This document shows positions 26,437-35,635 of a stretch of 64,000 nt of DNA, piece after piece. Within the stretch, counting starts at the first letter, position 1, and each line of letters starts with the position of its first letter. This DNA comes from Azolla caroliniana. Taxonomy: Eukaryota > Plantae > Polypodiophyta. A model generated the notes under the pieces. It was not told the origin of the DNA, did not search any database, and was given only the letters and a program-made list of their open reading frames with translations. Position numbers and translations under genes: made by a program. The stretch spans positions 6,634,001 through 6,698,000 of the forward strand of contig JBHGNT010000014.1 of assembly GCA_043228905.1 (NCBI GenBank), written 5' to 3'.

Positions 26437-26570
26437 TGATGCGAAAGATATATGTATTATATGACGGAAGATATACAACAGTAGTTAGAAGGCTTAAGAC
26501 TGGCGTTGAACCGATTTGGTTCGAACTAATGCCTTGCGCCTCCTTTTATAGTGTCTTCAGGAATACTCCT

Positions 26571-26588
26571 GAAGTTTCTAGAATGTTC
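26571..26588. promoter_or_regulatory. Perfect 4-unit heat-shock element (also 31871-31888, about 58293-58310)
   Basis: GAAgtTTCtaGAAtgTTC, 20 bp upstream of the minus-strand TATAAAA. Confidence 0.8.
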
Positions 26589-26718
26589 CAGAGAAATCTG
26601 GAATATACATCAATTTCCCAATAAAACCTAAATGAAAATAATATCCTTCAAATTACAATTCATACCCTAATGGTAAAGTCTCGACCCGTGTAACAAAAGG
26701 TTATGGGTTCGAGTCTAG

Positions 26719-29700
26719 TTATGACACTATCCCCCCTTTAAAACGACGAGTTTCACGAGTCGTTTTGGATTGAGGACCCGGTTTCTCGGGATATCGTCGA
26801 TGGAAGTCTTCTAGAAGAGCACGAGCATTGGTCACATTCTCGATCGGTTCCCAAGTACGCTCGCTGGGACTATATCCTAGCCAATCGACTAGATAGTAGA
26901 GCTTGTTGCGAACAATCTTGGAATCGAGGATGGCAGCGACCTCATACTCAGGTCCATCTTCGAGCTCGATAGGAGGTGGAGGTTGTATAGTACGTCCTGG
27001 GATAGTGCTCTCGTGATAGGGTTCGAGGAGAGAACTATGAAACACCGGGTGTATCCGAAGTTGCGGAGGTAGCTCGAGACGAAAAGCGACATCATTAATC
27101 TTCCCGATAATACGGAAAGGACCTAATCGCCGATAATCCAACTTCTCACATGGGCGAGTAGTCTTGATGTGTCGTCGTAGCAGCCACACCCGATCTCCAA
27201 TGTTAAAACTGGATGGAAGTCGATGACGATCTGCGTAGTCCTTGTGTGATTGTTGAGCTTGCTGGAGTTGAGTAGATAAATCCGCTTGTATCTTGCGTAA
27301 CCGCTCCAAACGATCCTCCGCGCAAGGATTTGTGGACACTTCTGGGGTTTCAAGGACACACCACCGGGGATGATATCCCGTATAAGCGTAGAATGGCGTG
27401 ACTTTAGTCGATGCGTGGATAGCGTTATTATAGGCAAATTCGGCGAACTGAAGAATATCTGCCCAGTCATTCTGATGATAGTTGAGAAAGCACCGCAGAT
27501 ACTGCTCCAGTGTTTGATTTGTTCGTTCGGCTTGACCGTCGGTTTGTGGGTGGTAGCCGGAGGAGAGGTTACAAGTGACCTTCAGCATTTTAAAAAGGTG
27601 CTTCCAGAATTTTGACACAAACTGGGGTCCACGATCGCTGATGATATTATCAGGGAGTCCATGATGCCGACATACTTCCCGCATGACAATTTCGGCGGTG
27701 TCTTCACTAGATATTTCTTTAGTACATGGTAAGAAATGAGCCATCTTCGTATATCGATCCACCACTGTGAGAATCGCACTGAATCCCTTAGAGACTGGAA
27801 GATCTGTAATGAAGTCAAGAGCAATGGATTGCCATGGCTTGCTTGGAATTGGTAATGGTTCTAATAAACCATATGGATGATGTCTTGGCATTTTCGCTCT
27901 GCAGCATGTATCGCAAGTCCGAACAAAATCTTCGACAAATTGTCGCATACAGGGCCACCAGAATGATCGTTGTACTAAATCTAATGTTTTAGTACTACCA
28001 AAATGTCCTGCTGTATATGTGTCATGGCAGTTTTGTACTACTCGAAGGCGGCAAGAACCATTAGGAACATACAAAAGTCCTTTAAAGAAGAGTAATCCAT
28101 CACAGTATTTGAATTGCCGATAATCCGTACCTGGTGATTGTGATTGTGAACATGACGCTCGAGAGGGGTCAATTTGTGCTAGTATAGCTTGGGCGAAAGC
28201 GTCAGTCTTCAAGTCCTCACGTATAGTATTGGTAATGTCGGAATCCACGGGCATGTCAAAGACCTGTGCTGCTTGCAGTCGTGCTGGACCCAAGATTACT
28301 TGCTTCTGGTTATCGAAAGCTGGCTCACCGGGACGTGGTGTTAGATACGAACGCCGTGATAATGCATCTGCCTTCCCTTGGTGCTTCCCCGGACGATATG
28401 TAATTTTGAAGTCGAAGCGTGTGAGGAAGTGGGCCCACCGAGCTTGACGTCGATTCAGTACACGAGCATCTTGAAAGTAGGCAAGGTTCTTGTGGTCACT
28501 GAATACAGTGACCTGATGAGGAGATCCCTCCAGGAAATGCCTCCATTGCATAAAAGAATCAACTATTGCTAATAGCTCTTTATCATGAATTTCGTAGTTG
28601 ATTTCGGCGGCGTCAAACTTACGGGAGTGGAAAGCCACAGGATGTAGCTTCTCGTCGTTACCCTGTTGTGACAGAATGCTCCCCAATGCGAAATCCGATG
28701 CATCAGCTTCGATAATGAATGGTTTTTCCGGATCCACATGACCTAAAATTGGAGCTGATGTAAACGCCTTCTTAAGACTCTCGAAAGCCATGTCCGTCTC
28801 TTTAGACCAAATGAATGATTGTCCCTTCCTGGTGAGCTGTGTGAGAGGCAGCACAATTTTTGAGTAATTTTGTATGAACTTCCGGTAGAAATTTGCAAAG
28901 CCTAGGAAGCATTGCACATCCCGCACCGAACGCGGAGTGTGCCATTCTATCACCGTTTTGACCTTGGCTGGGTCCATAGATATGCCTTCTGAGGAGATGA
29001 CATAGCCGAGAAACTCCACTTGGTTGCACCCGAAACTACATTTCTCTAACTTTGCATACAGACCATGTTCTCGAAGTCGTTTTAGTACTAATAGTACATG
29101 AGAATCATGTTCTTCTTGGGTCTTTGAATAAACCAGTAGATCATCCAAATAGATGATCAAAAAATCATCCAAGAGATCTCGAAATATATCATTCGCCATG
29201 TGCTGGAAGACTGCCGGCGCATTAGTGAGTCCGAACGGCATGACCGTATACTCGAAGTGCCCATATCTGGTGCGAAACGCGGTCTTCCATTCATCTCCTG
29301 GTCGGATCCGTACGAGGTTATAGGCTCCTCGTAAGTCTATCTTCGTGAAGAACCTGGCACCGTTGATCCGTTCTAAAAGACTTGAGATAAGGGGAAGAGC
29401 ATACCTATTTCTTACTGTGACCTTATTCAAGCCACGGTAATCTACAACGAGTCGAAGCGAGCCATCTTTTTTCTTGACGAAGAAAATGGGTGCGCCGGCT
29501 GGAGATTTCGAATGCCGAATGAAACCGTTCTCCAAATTCTCCTCTATATAGGCTCGAAGGACTTCTAGCTCGGTTGGTGACAAATTGTAGATCGGCCCCC
29601 ATGGCGGCTCTTTTCCCGGTTGTAAGTCGATGGCGCAGTCGTACGGCCGATGATGAGGAAGTGTGTTGGCTTGTACTTTATCGAACACATCAGCATACTG

Positions 29701-30315
29701 ACGATACTTCTCGGGAAGTTGAACGGTGGACTCCTCTTTGGTGGTGCTGGAGGGTTGTACTGATATTGCAAAGAGAAACATTTCCTCCTTGCGCCCTTCC
29801 TCACGCAACTGACGTAGCGAAATGGTTGCAACCTTCTGGGTAGATCCTTGGGTTTGTCGCAACCGGATTTCCCTTGTCCTCCAATCTATGTCTGGGTCAT
29901 GTAACTCGAACCATGGTAATCCTAAAACTATGGGATGTTCTGGAATACTAATAATATTAAATGATACTACACATGTTAAGTTATCTAGGACAATATTAAC
30001 GGGTTCCGACTCTTCTATGATATTACCAGAAGCAATGGGACGACCATCAATGACTACTACTGAGGCTGGACATGGGAGCTTTCTGAGAGATATCTGATGA
30101 GCTCGGGCAAAATTCCTATCCATGAAGCAAGAATTAGCTCCGGAATCTAGAAGGGCTAAGGTATGTACTGGAGGGGTACTTTTAGTACTAACTGCTACTT
30201 GGGCTACGAACACATCACTAACTTGCTTAGAGGGAATGGAACCACTAATGGGCTGCACAGATCTAGGGCTGTCCAACCAAACGGCTCCTATTTTGGCTGG
30301 ACTTAGTCGTTTAAC
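26719..30315 (-). CDS. pol: Pol polyprotein PR-RT-RH-INT-chromodomain (likely reached by -1 frameshift)
   Basis: LLDSGA, YLDD, ADASDFALG, HHCC, GPF and YEVAAILD...YLVDWLGY chromodomain; ORF reads through the PPT and stops inside the LTR. Confidence 0.95.
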   Translation of the reverse strand, partial: VKRLSPAKIGAVWLDSPRSVQPISGSIPSKQVSDVFVAQVAVSTKSTPPVHTLALLDSGANSCFMDRNFARAHQISLRKLPCPASVVVIDGRPIASGNIIEESEPVNIVLDNLTCVVSFNIISIPEHPIVLGLPWFELHDPDIDWRTREIRLRQTQGSTQKVATISLRQLREEGRKEEMFLFAISVQPSSTTKEESTVQLPEKYRQYADVFDKVQANTLPHHRPYDCAIDLQPGKEPPWGPIYNLSPTELEVLRAYIEENLENGFIRHSKSPAGAPIFFVKKKDGSLRLVVDYRGLNKVTVRNRYALPLISSLLERINGARFFTKIDLRGAYNLVRIRPGDEWKTAFRTRYGHFEYTVMPFGLTNAPAVFQHMANDIFRDLLDDFLIIYLDDLLVYSKTQEEHDSHVLLVLKRLREHGLYAKLEKCSFGCNQVEFLGYVISSEGISMDPAKVKTVIEWHTPRSVRDVQCFLGFANFYRKFIQNYSKIVLPLTQLTRKGQSFIWSKETDMAFESLKKAFTSAPILGHVDPEKPFIIEADASDFALGSILSQQGNDEKLHPVAFHSRKFDAAEINYEIHDKELLAIVDSFMQWRHFLEGSPHQVTVFSDHKNLAYFQDARVLNRRQARWAHFLTRFDFKITYRPGKHQGKADALSRRSYLTPRPGEPAFDNQKQVILGPARLQAAQVFDMPVDSDITNTIREDLKTDAFAQAILAQIDPSRASCSQSQSPGTDYRQFKYCDGLLFFKGLLYVPNGSCRLRVVQNCHDTYTAGHFGSTKTLDLVQRSFWWPCMRQFVEDFVRTCDTCCRAKMPRHHPYGLLEPLPIPSKPWQSIALDFITDLPVSKGFSAILTVVDRYTKMAHFLPCTKEISSEDTAEIVMREVCRHHGLPDNIISDRGPQFVSKFWKHLFKMLKVTCNLSSGYHPQTDGQAERTNQTLEQYLRCFLNYHQNDWADILQFAEFAYNNAIHASTKVTPFYAYTGYHPRWCVLETPEVSTNPCAEDRLERLRKIQADLSTQLQQAQQSHKDYADRHRLPSSFNIGDRVWLLRRHIKTTRPCEKLDYRRLGPFRIIGKINDVAFRLELPPQLRIHPVFHSSLLEPYHESTIPGRTIQPPPPIELEDGPEYEVAAILDSKIVRNKLYYLVDWLGYSPSERTWEPIENVTNARALLEDFHRRYPEKPGPQSKTTRETRRFKGGIVS

Positions 30316-31472
30316 TCTTCTTCTAATTGGCTAAGGACATCAAATTTGTTTGCGAGATTCAGACTATTAGTACTATTAGGACTATTATGACTATGAGGAT
30401 TATCAGAGATTCCTACTGAAATAGACTCGGGTTTAGTATAGTCAGAACTAACAATGACTTGGTTTACCTGCCTTCTTGGTCTATGGGGACAGTTTATCGC
30501 GATATGCCCTGGTCCACCGCAATAAAGGCATAATCGGTTTGTTCGGCGTCGTTGCTTTTCCTCCTCCGATAGCGGCCCACGACGACGTGTAGTGTCAATT
30601 TCCATTGGAGTTGGAGTACTTACTGGAGGCGCATTATGTGACTCCCTTTGAAAAGGTTTCGCTACCACTGAGGCATAGGTAGGCTCGGATCTTGCCCTCG
30701 GCATCTGAAATTGTCGTTCCGAACGTCGCTCGAAGAGGCGGTTGTCACATCTGACCGCTCGACTGATTGCTTCTGTTAATGATTTTGGCTCTTCAGGGAA
30801 AGTCAAGAGTAAATCCTTGACATCGTTGCGTAGACCATAGCGGAACTGCTCCATCAATGCTTGATCATCCCAGGGGATATCGGCGGCGAGTAGGCGGAAA
30901 TCTGCAGCATATGCGGAGGCTGGACGGTCACCTTGGCGTAATCGCCGGATTTTGTTGATTGCAGTCCTTATGCTGTCAGTATCTCCAAAACATGCTTTAA
31001 ACTCACTTATGAATTCTTCAAAATTATTTAGTACTGGAGATTCCTTTTCTAGTAGCGGAGCGAACCATGCTAATGCTGAGCCATTTAACAACGTGCCTAC
31101 TAAACCCACTCGTGATGCATCGGTGGGATATCGGGACGGATGCATTTGAATAACTAACCGTACCTGGTTAAGAAACCCTCTAAACTGCGATCGCGTTCCA
31201 TCGAACTTCGTGGGAAGGCCAATCTTGGGTTCTTTATGAATCCCTTGTGCTCCGTGCCCTTGTTGTTGCATTGCTACGATGGTTGCTTCGAGTTGTTGCA
31301 CGCGTAATGCAAGTTCCCCATGCTGTTGTTGCGTTTGCTGCTTTTCTAAGGAAATTTGCTGAAGATCCCCCAACAAGCGTTGATTTTCTTGTTCCAAAGC
31401 ATGAAACTTCTCTTTCAAACATTGAAATTCCGAGAAAACGGATTGATACTCTTCAGCGCTAACGGTGGCCAT
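30303..31472 (-). CDS. gag: Gag (coiled coil, capsid, CCHC knuckle), 389 aa
   Basis: PTKFDG, LRQG...AYAADFR, CLYCGGPGHIAINC. Confidence 0.95.
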   Translation of the reverse strand: MATVSAEEYQSVFSEFQCLKEKFHALEQENQRLLGDLQQISLEKQQTQQQHGELALRVQQLEATIVAMQQQGHGAQGIHKEPKIGLPTKFDGTRSQFRGFLNQVRLVIQMHPSRYPTDASRVGLVGTLLNGSALAWFAPLLEKESPVLNNFEEFISEFKACFGDTDSIRTAINKIRRLRQGDRPASAYAADFRLLAADIPWDDQALMEQFRYGLRNDVKDLLLTFPEEPKSLTEAISRAVRCDNRLFERRSERQFQMPRARSEPTYASVVAKPFQRESHNAPPVSTPTPMEIDTTRRRGPLSEEEKQRRRTNRLCLYCGGPGHIAINCPHRPRRQVNQVIVSSDYTKPESISVGISDNPHSHNSPNSTNSLNLANKFDVLSQLEEELND

Positions 31473-31690
31473 GGGATGAAGGAAAAGGGAAATAAGAGAC
31501 TAGTAGGAAAGGAGGGAGACAGAAGGAAGAGGGAGACTAGTAGACCAAAATCGGTTCAAACTGTCAGGAACTCTATTAAGGCAGAGAAGGAATTAGTACT
31601 AAAAGAAGGATTAGTACTATTGTTGGGGAATAGTACTAAGACAGAGAAGGATTAGTACTATGAGAGGTGTCGAACTTTGAGAGAAGGAAT

Positions 31691-31736
<46 letters not shown>

Positions 31737-32026
31737 TGATGCGAAAGATATATGTATTATATGACGGAAGATATACAACAGTAGTTAGAAGGCTTAAGAC
31801 TGGCGTTGAACCGATTTGGTTCGAACTAATGCCTTGCGCCTCCTTTTATAGTGTCTTCAGGAATACTCCTGAAGTTTCTAGAATGTTCCAGAGAAATCTG
31901 GAATATACATCAATTTCCCAATAAAACCTAAATGAAAATAATATCCTTCAAATTACAATTCATACCCTAATGGTAAAGTCTCGACCCGTGTAACAAAAGG
32001 TTATGGGTTCGAGTCTAGTTATGACA

Positions 32027-34561
32027 GAGGCTCTACTCACGGCAGTACACATAATCAATATGTCGCCAAGCAGACCTCTAGGACTTCAAATTCCTCAGGA
32101 ACTATGGATCGGCAGTAAGCCAAATTACGACAAGCTGAGGATCTTCGGATGCGAGGCATACGCCCTTATTCCGAAAGATGATCGCCGAAAACTTGCACCT
32201 CGGTCCAGGAAATGCATTTTCCTTGGATATGGATCAGACGGCGAAATGGGATACCGACTCTGGGACCCCGAACGCAGACAAATCGTTCGAAGTTCGGACG
32301 TTGTGTTCAACGAGTCGGCTATGAATCCATCAGTCGAAAAACCGATCGAAGTCCGAAGGGTAACATTTTCCGATGTGCCGACCCTTCAAGAAGGCCCCGC
32401 TCTTAACACACGGTCAGCTTCACGGGTAGCTGAACCTTACACCACCGACTCGGACAACTCTGACTCGGCACAGCAGAATAATTCGCTTTCGGACCATCCG
32501 ACCTCGATACCCGATGCGACCAATCCAATCATACCTCGACGATCCGAGAGACTGTCGCAACCTCCGGAGAGGTATTCTCCTGGAATTTTCTTCACCGACG
32601 CCGGCGAACCGACGTCTTACGAAGAAGCATCGACATCTGTCGATTCAGCCACCTGGCATCTGGCGATGGAGTCGGAAATGCACTCCATTCGGGCAAACAA
32701 AACTTGGGATCTGGTCGAACTACCTAAGAATCGACGTGCTCTTCCTTGCAAGTGGGTTTATCGACTAAAAGAGACGTCTGATTCGACCACCCCAAAGTAC
32801 AAGGCCAGATTAGTTGCGAAGGGCTTCCGACAAGAATATGGCGTCGACTTCGACGAGATTTTTTCACCAGTGGTGAAAATGACAACCCTTCGTTTTCTAC
32901 TCGGCGTAGTGGCAGCCGACAACTTGGAGCTGATTCAGCTAGATGTCAAAACAGCCTTCCTCCATGGTGATCTTGAAGAGGAAATTTATATGGAACAGCC
33001 AAAAGGCTTCGTGGCAACTGGCCAAGAACATCTAGTCTGCCGACTCAGGAAGAGTCTATACGGCCTCAAACAGGCACCGCGACAATGGTACAAGAAGTTC
33101 GACGACTTCATCCAATCGATCGGCTTCTCAAAAAGCGATGAGGACCATTGTCTTTTTACCAACACAGCTCAAGATGGATCACCCATCTTCCTCATCATTT
33201 ACGTGGACGACATGCTAATTTCTGGACGCCACGCGGGCGAACTTGCCGATCTCATTCGGCAACTGCGGTTGAAGTTTGCCATGAAGGACCTCGGTCCGGC
33301 ACGACACATACTTGGCATGAAGATTAGTCGGCATCGCGATAAACGACATCTTTTTTTGTCTCAGACCGACTATATCGGACGTGTCTTGGAACGCTTCAAC
33401 ATGAAATCAGCCAAATCTGCTTCAACCCCGCTCCCCATGAACCTTCGGCTCTCTCAGCGAGACTGCCCGACATCCGGTCCGGAGGGGGAAGATATGAAGT
33501 CGGTACCGTATGCACCGGCAGTCGGCTCCCTTATGTACCTGATGGTCGCGACACGGCCTGATATCTCTCATGCCGTAGGAGTCGTTAGCAGATTTATGCA
33601 CAATCCTGGCCGATCGCATTGGAACGCAGTCAAGCATGTGTTCAAATATCTGGCTGGCACAAAAGATCACGGCATTCTTTTCGGTCCGAACTCAACCTCA
33701 GGCGTAGTCGGTTACACCGACTCGGACTTCGCCGGCTGTATAGACAGTCGGAAATCAACAACCGGATACTGCTTCAAATTCGGCAATGGAGCAATTTCGT
33801 GGAAGTCGAAACTTCAGGAGTGCACAGCGACCTCAACGACCGAAGCAGAATATGTAGCTGCGTCCGACGCTGCAAAAGAAGCTTTGTGGCTCGGCCGGCT
33901 GGCGCACACGTTTCGGCAAGTCGACCATGACTCGGCTCCAGTTGTCTATAGCGACAGTCAAGGTGCTGTTGCCTTGTCGAGAAATCCGGTTCACCACAAT
34001 GCCTCCAAACATATCGATGTTCGATATCACTTCGTTCGGGACTGCGTCATTTCAGGGAAAATCGGTCTAGAGAAAATATCCACAACCGACAATGTCGCAG
34101 ATGGAATGACCAAGTGTCTTTCGGCAGACCGCTTTCGGTCCCTTCGGCATCAGATGGGCGTAACGACAAACCAGTCCGGTTAGAGCCGGACACAGCGCAG
34201 GATGGTTTCAGACAACCGACATCAGTTCCCTAATGATCGGCTTCAACTCTTCCGACCCGACCAGTCCGGTCTTCTGCCTTCGGACCCTGCCGACTCAAAC
34301 AAAACTGATATGTCCGAGAACCTAGGTTTATACCTGTAATCTTAGATAACCCATGTATACGCCCATTACGGGGGAGTGTCGAATACAAGTGTATAATGGA
34401 CGTATTCACACTATCCCTTTGTATAGATCAAGTTTGGGCCATTTGTGTAATTAGCATAAATGGTAGTTGCCCTAAGTCGGTCACTATATATAGTGACCTT
34501 GTAACCTTTTTGTAAGGTTGGTTGTATTATTGTTTCTATTGAATAGAAAGAGTCTTGTGTG

Positions 34562-34614
<53 letters not shown>

Positions 34615-34700
34615 ACGATCTCAGAAACTGTCATACGCAGGTACTCAACCCCCAATCGAATGCTACTTGATCTTCCGCATTGACGGCCTTGTCTTCAACA
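32027..34700 (+). mobile_element. Copia element D, 3' half (INT C-part, RT, RNase H, 3' LTR)
   Basis: Uninterrupted frame 32027-34183 with SLYGLKQA, YVDD and YTDSDFAG; PPT GGGGGAG then LTR 34377-34700 (TG...CA) containing (CT)n 34563-34610. Confidence 0.92.
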
Positions 34701-35635
34701 GGGCATAACCAAGTTTGCCTTTTGTCTGCAAACTTGAAGCTTCTCTCTTGACAAACTTTTAGTCATCATGTTGGAGCCATTCTCATTGGTATGTAGCTTC
34801 TCAATGTGCATTTTCTTTTCTTCAAGCGTATCTCTAATCCAATGGTATCTAACATCAATGTGCTTTGACTTAGAGTGAAAGGAAGAATTCTTGCTTAAGT
34901 GGATAGCACTTTGTCTATCACAATACAAAATGTACCTTTCTTGGGTCAGCCCCAACTCTTGTAGGAATTTCTTTAGCCATAACAATGGTCTGTGTTTGTT
35001 CTATTATACCTACGGTTCAACATAAAGGAGTCAAACTTTTTGTACCAAAGTCTTGGACCTTGTTTTAGGCCGTACAAGATCTTATTTAACTTGCATACCA
35101 GGTTTTCCTTACCTTTGACTCCAAACCCTTCAGGTTGACCCATGTAAATCTCTTCCTCCAAATCTCCATGGAGGAAGGCGGTATTTACATCGAGTTGCTC
35201 GATTTTTAGATCGAGACTGGCTGCGACCCCAAGTACAACTCTCATCGAGGACATCTTCACCACTAGTGAGAAAATCTCCTCGAAATCAATTTCCTTTTTC
35301 TAGTTGAACCCCTTCACAACCAATCTTGCCTTGTATCATGGTTGTGAGCAATGTTCCTCAGTCTTGAGCTTGTAAACCCATTTGTTTTTCAATGCTCTTT
35401 TGCCCTTAGGCCGCTTTACAAGATCATAAGAGTGATTGTCTTGCAAAGACTTCATCTCATCATTCATGGTGTCAAGCCATTCCACCTTATGATAATTTGC
35501 CATACCTTCTCTAAAGCTTTCTGGCTCTCCTCCATCTGAAAGCATCACATATTCATGTGGGATGTATCTAGTAGAAGGTCTTCTTTGTCTTATAGACCTT
35601 CTAACCTCTTCCTCTTCCGGAGGAGCTGTTGAAAT

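Larger units (their letters stand above)
26260..32026 (-). mobile_element. Intact young chromovirus 1 (Tcn1-like Ty3/Gypsy)
   Basis: LTRs 26260-26726 and 31562-32026 appear identical except one GA unit; PPT AAAGGGGGGA next to the 3' LTR; non-tRNA PBS; open gag and pol; flanks GCATC/GAGGC do not match. Confidence 0.95.

Noticed and set aside
26391-26624. MRERERE... ORFs (also 31733, 58114)
   Set aside because: Translation of the LTR (GA)n microsatellite on the antisense strand
32003-32026. LTR-derived ATG in frame with Copia D pol (726-aa fusion ORF)
   Set aside because: An in-frame junction arises by chance one time in three, the ATG lies within the B-box region, and no Pol II promoter faces that way
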